DNA of 64,000 nucleotides from a virus: IMG/VR virus record IMGVR_UViG_3300005095_000015, positions 1-64,000 of that record. One strand, given 5' to 3'. Both the position numbers and the translations under genes were made by a program. This document shows positions 58,046 to 64,000 of the stretch, piece by piece (position 1 is the first letter of the stretch; each line of letters begins with the position of its first letter). The notes under the pieces are model-generated. The model searched no databases. It worked only from the letters and a program-made list of their open reading frames with translations, and had not been told where the DNA came from.

Positions 58046-58467
58046 TTTCAGCTAAGGTTACCTTTACCATTACTGCTTTCTTTCTCACAGTTTTGTCATT
58101 GGATGCAAATGGATTTTGGGTAGATTACTTGTTTGTAGAGGACAAGGAGGTGCAAACAGTTTACCGAACAGCTAAGAACTACGATTACTTGCTTTGGTTA
58201 AGAGAAGATTTGCTTCCTTCTGCGGATTGCTTACATAGGATGGTTGCTAAGGGACACCCTGTAGTGACTGGTATTTGGAGAGGATGTGAGCATAAAGATA
58301 CAGAGGTTGAACTAGGCTGCTTGCTAATTCAAACAAACTTACTCTCTACTATAGATTTGAAAAGCAAATTTGTTAAGCTACCAGTTAATCCCTTCATTGC
58401 CAAAGATGTTGTTTGCGGTTTAATCTCAGACAACGGGTCAGTAGTTTACCCTAGAGGTGAGCTATGA
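58027..58467 (+). CDS. degenerate short GT-A-like protein
   Basis: YDYLLWLRED, PVVTG, GCLLI. Confidence 0.5.
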   Translation: MVRRILVSAKVTFTITAFFLTVLSLDANGFWVDYLFVEDKEVQTVYRTAKNYDYLLWLREDLLPSADCLHRMVAKGHPVVTGIWRGCEHKDTEVELGCLLIQTNLLSTIDLKSKFVKLPVNPFIAKDVVCGLISDNGSVVYPRGEL

Positions 58468-59075
58468 CAAAGGTACTTATCCATGTACCTATCTTCAATA
58501 ATTGCCCGCAGTTTTGGGAAAGTTTTTGGAAGTTAGACATTGAAGGGCTTGAAGTTGACTACTTTTTCACTAAGACAGATAAAGTCAAGACAAGGCTAGA
58601 TGATAAAGGCAACTATGATGCAAGAGATGTAGGAGTAAACTTACCCTGGAAAATGGAGAAGGCCAGGAAAGCCGCATTGGAAGGTGGTTATGATTATTTG
58701 TTTAATATAGAAGACGATCACATCATACCCAGTGACGCTTTAAAGAAGCTGCTTAGCTTCGGCAAAGATGTCATTTCAGGAGTTTACAGGTTGAGACCAA
58801 GCAAGTTTCCAGCCAAGCCTATTGCTGCTACGAAAACAGATAGAAAGTCTTGGGTTACAGTTGAGGATTTAGAAAAGACTCCTTTGCTAGAGTGTCATCT
58901 CGTGCCTTGGGGATGCTTATTACTCAGCAGGAGGGTACTTGAATCTGTTTCATTTGAAGGTGCTTTAGACGGGTTGTTCGTGGATAGGCTTGACAAAGCT
59001 GGATTCAAAAGATGGCTTGCAACTGAGGTAAGGTTGGGACATATAGATAGAGATGGAACTATTATTTGGGTTTAA
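58464..59075 (+). CDS. GT-A fold glycosyltransferase (paralog of 57410)
   Basis: GYDYLFNIEDDH, DVISGVY, WGCLL, HIDRDG. Confidence 0.75.
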   Translation: MTKVLIHVPIFNNCPQFWESFWKLDIEGLEVDYFFTKTDKVKTRLDDKGNYDARDVGVNLPWKMEKARKAALEGGYDYLFNIEDDHIIPSDALKKLLSFGKDVISGVYRLRPSKFPAKPIAATKTDRKSWVTVEDLEKTPLLECHLVPWGCLLLSRRVLESVSFEGALDGLFVDRLDKAGFKRWLATEVRLGHIDRDGTIIWV

Positions 59076-59088
59076 GGAGGTGTAAAGT

Positions 59089-61176
59089 ATGGGAAGAGCT
59101 AAACTCACAGCAACTGGACTTAACTATGTAGATGACAATCAGATAGAGCATACTGTGGTGGACTTAACTAAGCAGAGCTTAATCTCTAAGTTTCCGCTTG
59201 TCGATATAAGGGCTTACGGAGCCAAAGGAGATGGAGTGTATGATGATGCTCAGGCTATAACAGCCGCTCTTAATGAGATAGGGGCAAACGAATCTACCTT
59301 GCTGATACCTATTCCTATCTATCTTATGTCAGATGTAACTATCCCTGAAAATGTATGCTTAAAGTTTACCAAGGGCGGAAAGTGCGTAGTTGAAACGGAA
59401 GATATAAAGAGTGAACAGATTGGAGTAGGAGATACTGCTGGAACAACAACTTTTTATTTGAGCAGAACACCTGTGCTCAAAGATTCTGAGAAGATTTATG
59501 TAGATGGTGTTTTGCAAACAAGAGATACAGATTACGCAATTGATTATGAGACAGGAGAGATTGTGTTTACTACTGCTCCCTCGGCTGGAGCTGTTATTAC
59601 AGCTGATTACACACACAGATTCGTGTTGACAATAGATGGAGGGATACAAGCTGAACTCTTTCAGATCTTCTCTGGAAACGGAAAGATAACAGGTTCTCCA
59701 AAGATTGAGGCGGTGTATCCAGAGTGGTTTGGAGCTAAGGGGGATGGGATGACGGATGATGCTCCTGCATTTCACAAGTTGATAGAATTTGCTGAGAATG
59801 CGGTGAGAAGAATAGCATTGCAGAGCAAAACTTACTTATTGGCCTCGTACCAAGTAAGCACTTACATTCTCTACATTACATTCCCCGTTGTAATAGAAGG
59901 AAATGGTACAGTTATCAAGAAAGGACAGACTGGCTACTGTATAGTGATCGAAGGAACTGATGTCAGTCCTTTGGATTTTGTAGAAATATCAAATCTCGAA
60001 ATTGATGGAAACTCTTTAGGGCTACAATGCCTGACGATAAATTATGCTAAAAAAGTGATTTTAAAGAATGTTAAGGCTCACAATACAAGTTCTGACGATT
60101 GTATTTCTATTGCAAGAACAGAACAGGCTGATTTGACTAACATAGAAGCATACACAGCGGGGGCTTGGCCTTTGTTCTTCTATATGGTCGACGATGTCAG
60201 AATAAACGGATTCAGAGGATACAACTCTGCGAACAATGTAGATGTCATAGATGTTAAAGGAAGTTCCAATATTTTTATCAGAAATGTTGTAATAACAGGA
60301 TCTGCAAGGTACGGTATTAGAATCCGCAACAATGGAGTCAAAGTTTTAAAAACCTTGCTCATAGAAAATGCCGATATAACAAGTGACTGGGATGGTATTT
60401 CGATAGAAGCTGATCAAACTGACGGAACAACATCCGATATCTACTGTGTCATGTTAAACAACATCGCAACGAAGCGTATAGAGGCTACGGGATATTCAAC
60501 TACTCCAATTAAGTGCATCTATGTTAATAACCTGAAGGCAGAAGACTGGGGTGGAGACTATGCAACCGCCTTCAACTACGCCGAGCTTGTTAAGATAGAA
60601 AATAGCTACTTCGACATAGGATTCTACGGAATTTGTAATGCGCAGAATTGTAAACTGGTTATTGTTGAAGGTAATGTCATCAAGAATATAGGAGCAGGTA
60701 GTACGATAACAAGACCTGTTATTAGAATATACAACACGGAACATTTATATGTCAAAAACAATTTAGTAGAAGGTGGAACTTATACAGGATACTTAGTGGA
60801 AGATGACAGTACTTCAAAGATCGTACCGGTGTTTGAAAACAACAAGCTCTTTAATGTTCCTTCTTTGTTCAATGGTGACTTATATGTTTCCTTTCCTGAT
60901 GGAGACACAGCTCCCTCAGTTGCAAATGGAAATTACTTCAAAACGGTCAATACCAACACAGCAGGGACAGCTATCATTGAATTTAAAGACGGAATCCCCG
61001 GGCAGCGCATTACTGTAATCTTTACTGATGGGCTTACGACAGTAGTACATAATTCAGCTTCCGCTACACATCCTATTATTCTCAAAGGCGGAATTAACGC
61101 AGCTCCTCCGGCTGATTCAACTATGGAATTTGTATTTGACGGTAGCAAATGGTACGAAGTAAGTAGGAGCTTTTAA
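59089..61176 (+). CDS. tailspike 3 (beta-helix)
   Basis: YGAKGDG, PEWFGAKGDG; C-terminal domain shared with tailspike 1. Confidence 0.8.
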   Translation: MGRAKLTATGLNYVDDNQIEHTVVDLTKQSLISKFPLVDIRAYGAKGDGVYDDAQAITAALNEIGANESTLLIPIPIYLMSDVTIPENVCLKFTKGGKCVVETEDIKSEQIGVGDTAGTTTFYLSRTPVLKDSEKIYVDGVLQTRDTDYAIDYETGEIVFTTAPSAGAVITADYTHRFVLTIDGGIQAELFQIFSGNGKITGSPKIEAVYPEWFGAKGDGMTDDAPAFHKLIEFAENAVRRIALQSKTYLLASYQVSTYILYITFPVVIEGNGTVIKKGQTGYCIVIEGTDVSPLDFVEISNLEIDGNSLGLQCLTINYAKKVILKNVKAHNTSSDDCISIARTEQADLTNIEAYTAGAWPLFFYMVDDVRINGFRGYNSANNVDVIDVKGSSNIFIRNVVITGSARYGIRIRNNGVKVLKTLLIENADITSDWDGISIEADQTDGTTSDIYCVMLNNIATKRIEATGYSTTPIKCIYVNNLKAEDWGGDYATAFNYAELVKIENSYFDIGFYGICNAQNCKLVIVEGNVIKNIGAGSTITRPVIRIYNTEHLYVKNNLVEGGTYTGYLVEDDSTSKIVPVFENNKLFNVPSLFNGDLYVSFPDGDTAPSVANGNYFKTVNTNTAGTAIIEFKDGIPGQRITVIFTDGLTTVVHNSASATHPIILKGGINAAPPADSTMEFVFDGSKWYEVSRSF

Positions 61177-61221
61177 GAAACAGAGAGTATAGTAAATTAA
61201 CAACCACAAGGAGGTGTTACT

Positions 61222-61401
61222 ATGAAGTTTAACTTTACAGTTATTTTAGCAGTAGTGATGGCAATTGCAACTAAGCTCCAGCAGGCAACCGAAGATAATC
61301 AGATTACAGTGAACGAGCTTTTTGAAATTGCTCAGGGAGTTGTACAAGCACTTGGCATTGGGGATCATGTAGTTGTTAAGTTTGACAAGAAGGAGAACTA
61401 A
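61222..61401 (+). CDS. small hydrophobic protein, 59 aa (not in ORF track)
   Basis: SD AAGGAGGTG; MKFNFTVILAVVMAIATKL... Confidence 0.65.
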   Translation: MKFNFTVILAVVMAIATKLQQATEDNQITVNELFEIAQGVVQALGIGDHVVVKFDKKEN

Positions 61402-61608
61402 ATGTTTTCCTTTGCTGAAGCATTAAAACTTCTAAACAAAGCTGTTAACATTCTACTCAAGGTCTATCGTAAGTACCAACTCAAGGAAGTGGAGGAAACT
61501 TATGAAAAGATTCACGAGGATCCTGCTAATGCTTTTGCTGAGCACTTCGATACTAAGCTGCGCAAGATGCCCAAGACCTCCAGCACAGATGATTCCTCCG
61601 AAGCCTAA
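61402..61608 (+). CDS. putative i-spanin-like protein
   Basis: Overlaps the lipoprotein ORF out of frame (Rz/Rz1 layout); membrane anchor is weak. Confidence 0.4.
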   Translation: MFSFAEALKLLNKAVNILLKVYRKYQLKEVEETYEKIHEDPANAFAEHFDTKLRKMPKTSSTDDSSEA

Positions 61609-61723
61609 CATTCATCCTTACAGCTGGAATGGAGGTATTTGCCTAGACAAGCAGGACACAGAGAACTTGTTGAAGTACATTGTTCAACTTGAAAACTGTT
61701 GCAAGGCTTGTATTACACAATAA
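61502..61723 (+). CDS. putative o-spanin lipoprotein
   Basis: MKRFTRILLMLLLSTSILS-C lipobox, Pro-rich linker, Cys residues. Confidence 0.65.
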   Translation: MKRFTRILLMLLLSTSILSCARCPRPPAQMIPPKPNIHPYSWNGGICLDKQDTENLLKYIVQLENCCKACITQ

Positions 61724-61744
61724 CTCAAAGGAGGTGATTAAACT

Positions 61745-61966
61745 ATGAACGAAACAAAGAAATGGTGGCAAAGTAAGACAATTTGGGGAGCAATAGTTAC
61801 TATACTTGCTATAATCTACGGACTTACAACAGGACACATGCCCTCCCAAGAAACCCAGCAAGCCATAACAAACAACATTGGACAGATTGTCTCTGCCATA
61901 GTTGCCATTATAGGCGCTATTACTGCTATAATCGGACGGCTTAAAGCTGATAAGATTATAAAGTAG
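61745..61966 (+). CDS. putative holin
   Basis: KKWWQSKTIWG plus two transmembrane helices. Confidence 0.55.
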   Translation: MNETKKWWQSKTIWGAIVTILAIIYGLTTGHMPSQETQQAITNNIGQIVSAIVAIIGAITAIIGRLKADKIIK

Positions 61967-61979
61967 CTTGCTAATTCAA

Positions 61980-61999
61980 AGCCCGCTACCCAGCGGGCT
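61980..61999. terminator. GC-rich hairpin
   Basis: AGCCCGCT-ACCC-AGCGGGCT; short U run on the - strand only. Confidence 0.5.
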
Positions 62000-62022
62000 A
62001 CTCCCCTAAAGGAGTTAGAGCG

Positions 62023-62325
62023 GTGAATGAATTTCAGTTTTTCGATAAGCATCCCTTTCTCGCAGGATTTGTGCTTATACTATGCATCCCACTTGCTTTA
62101 ATAGTAAAAAACTTGCTTAAGTCTACAGGTATCGATTTGCAAAGATTTATTGAGAAGTTAACAAAAGTGGAATCAAACATAGACTTATTAGAAGAGAAAC
62201 TGTCAAAGGAGTCTGACCTTGGTAAGTTGAGACACGAGCAAATTCTTTCCTCTTTGCGTGAGATAAAGGAAGAGATCAGAGAGCTGAAGTCATCTATAAA
62301 TAAAGGTAACTTCGGAGGACTGTAA
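62023..62325 (+). CDS. single-transmembrane coiled-coil protein (holin-like)
   Basis: N-terminal transmembrane helix followed by heptads. Confidence 0.45.
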   Translation: MNEFQFFDKHPFLAGFVLILCIPLALIVKNLLKSTGIDLQRFIEKLTKVESNIDLLEEKLSKESDLGKLRHEQILSSLREIKEEIRELKSSINKGNFGGL

Positions 62326-63143
62326 TGCAACTTTGTAAACAGTGCAAAAAGCACTGCCTACCCATCAGTTTCTCAGACTACATAACTCAGTACTTCGGAT
62401 TATTAGATGAGAATATAATTGTTCCTGACATAGAGATAGATAATGGTTTATTCAAACGAATGGCTAGGTTATCTTCAGCTACAGCTTCAGGACTTAGCTA
62501 CTTCTACTCACTAAAAAGCGAAGTGATGAAGCAAATCTATAGCAGCACTATGTTTTTTCATGCTAGCACACTTTACCTGATTGATATAGGTGTTGAATTG
62601 ATTCTCGACTGGTACAAGGTTATCTCTGCTTGGAACAAGTTTCTTGGTATTAGGGATGAGAAGTGCAGGAATTTTAATTCTTTCTTAGTGTCGTCGTTTA
62701 AAGAACTGATTACGAAGGCAATAAAAGTGAAGAGAAAGCTCGGTGATGTATTGTCAGAGAGAGGGCAACTCATTGCCGAGTATACGATAAAAAGCCATAG
62801 CAAAGTTGGTGAGCAATGGTTTTACCCAAAGTTAAAAGAACTCGATCCTAGTAAGAGCGAGGATTTTTATGTAAATTTTGTTTACGAAGTAACATCTTTG
62901 CTTTCAACCTTTATCAATGTATTTATAGGTGTTGCCTTGAGTGCTGATCAGCTATTAGAGAACAAAAGGATAATTTACACACAAGGATTTGCCCATCTGT
63001 TTTTAGACGGTGTTGATGTAGTAAAGATTTTAGTTAACACTATAGGGATTGAACCTAGAGAGGTTAGAGTGCTCAGACCTGACATATTGACCACAGCAAG
63101 GATAAATGTAGCTGAGCTGGGTTTGCATAGCCATGTGTATTAG
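62325..63143 (+). CDS. hypothetical protein
   Basis: 272-aa ORF with overlapping start/stop codons. Confidence 0.55.
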   Translation: MQLCKQCKKHCLPISFSDYITQYFGLLDENIIVPDIEIDNGLFKRMARLSSATASGLSYFYSLKSEVMKQIYSSTMFFHASTLYLIDIGVELILDWYKVISAWNKFLGIRDEKCRNFNSFLVSSFKELITKAIKVKRKLGDVLSERGQLIAEYTIKSHSKVGEQWFYPKLKELDPSKSEDFYVNFVYEVTSLLSTFINVFIGVALSADQLLENKRIIYTQGFAHLFLDGVDVVKILVNTIGIEPREVRVLRPDILTTARINVAELGLHSHVY

Positions 63144-63618
63144 AATCGCTGCATTTAAGGGAATAACTCTTACCTCTAAAATAATCAGGTTCTGGACTAG
63201 AAGCTGTTACTCACATGTTGCTTATGTGTTTGATGAGGGAATTATAGAAGCGTGGAAATTTAAAGGTGGTATGAGATGGGGTTACTCCGATTGGAGCTTG
63301 CACACTCCAGGCACTCCAGTTGAGATTTGGGAGAAAGAAGTTACCCCCGAGCAAAAGGCTATAGTTGAAGGTGTGCTTAAGGCTATGGCTAATGCTAAGA
63401 CTAAGTATGACTGGAAAGGGATTCTGGGTTTTGTGGTTAAGTGTGATGATTGGAAGGATAAGTACTTTTGTAGTGAGGGTGTTGCTTATGCATTGGTCAA
63501 AGCAGGTATTTGGCCTAAAGAGTTAAACATCCATGTAATCCATCCAGGCTACTTTGTACAATTAGCCTTGGTTTCAGGATTTAAAAAGATAAAAGAGTTT
63601 ACAGTAGGGAGGTGTTAG
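63133..63618 (+). CDS. permuted papain-like NlpC/P60 (YiiX-type) amidase
   Basis: YSHVA...KYDWKG...YFCSE, His before Cys. Confidence 0.75.
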   Translation: MCIRIAAFKGITLTSKIIRFWTRSCYSHVAYVFDEGIIEAWKFKGGMRWGYSDWSLHTPGTPVEIWEKEVTPEQKAIVEGVLKAMANAKTKYDWKGILGFVVKCDDWKDKYFCSEGVAYALVKAGIWPKELNIHVIHPGYFVQLALVSGFKKIKEFTVGRC

Positions 63619-63621
63619 GTT

Positions 63622-64000
63622 ATGGCTATAACAGTGTACACTTGGAATGGTAGTGGATGGAACGATCCTGTTACAGCTGATACTTCACTGGTTTTTACAC
63701 AGGAGACATTCCGTCAAGATGTAGTGCTTTTGTATGTCGATTACACCAAAGGCGATGAGATAGGTTTGTTTTTAACAGCCTATTTCAAGGATTCTGATGT
63801 TGATGCGTTCTTTCAAGATAGCTATGTTGCTTCTGACATTTTATCAAACCGTACGATGTCCACTCCAGTGAGTGGAACATTTAGAGTACCGATTCCAGTC
63901 GGTATGAATGAAAGCGAGGTACAGATTAACATAGAATTGCAAGGAGCAACCACTTCTCCAGGCACAGTGAAAATATGGGCTAAGCCTACAATCATAGGAG
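63622..64000 (+). CDS. hypothetical beta-rich protein (3' truncated)
   Basis: SD GGGAGGTG; frame open to the window end. Confidence 0.6.
   Translation, partial: MAITVYTWNGSGWNDPVTADTSLVFTQETFRQDVVLLYVDYTKGDEIGLFLTAYFKDSDVDAFFQDSYVASDILSNRTMSTPVSGTFRVPIPVGMNESEVQINIELQGATTSPGTVKIWAKPTIIG

Noticed and set aside
51989-59769. Diversity-generating retroelement or invertible tail-fibre switch
   Set aside because: The repeat is direct and exact with no adenine-specific mismatches; no reverse transcriptase or invertase in the window
2055-62803. Numerous minus-strand and alternate-frame ORFs in the ORF track
   Set aside because: They are shadows of + strand genes, with no SD sites or recognisable motifs

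Overview
This 64-kb window is part of a large lytic myovirus genome with distantly T4-like modules; every credible gene is on the + strand. Bases 1-24.6 kb hold recombination, replication and nucleotide genes (UvsY-like, gp32-like SSB, RecA, Holliday resolvase, split SbcC/SbcD, 5'-3' exonuclease, class III RNR, ThyX, DUF5664, dCMP deaminase) plus many small accessory ORFs. Five copies of a conserved promoter, TTTCATCTCTAAG-N10-TATAAT, lie in this part. Bases 24.7-64 kb form a late morphogenesis region: terminase, portal, internal head proteins, protease/scaffold, capsid, neck, sheath, a tRNA-Thr, tube, baseplate, three tailspikes and lysis genes. The host is inferred to be an anaerobic, probably thermophilic diderm bacterium (class III RNR, lipoprotein spanin, E/K-rich proteins, strong AGGAGG Shine-Dalgarno (SD) sites). 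Main observations: (1) a sulfotransferase plus four GT-A glycosyltransferases sit between tailspike genes, and a TAGT motif recurs in surface insertion domains of capsid, sheath, baseplate and tailspikes, suggesting a virion glycosylation/sulfation system; (2) NrdD lacks its glycyl-radical C-terminus, which is a separate 51-aa ORF 1.4 kb downstream; (3) about eight unrelated head-region proteins share an MSKAxxLLE leader, a candidate capsid-targeting signal; (4) two phage-specific regulatory DNA motifs; (5) a candidate programmed frameshift before the tape measure gene. All calls come from motif recognition by eye; no database searches were run.
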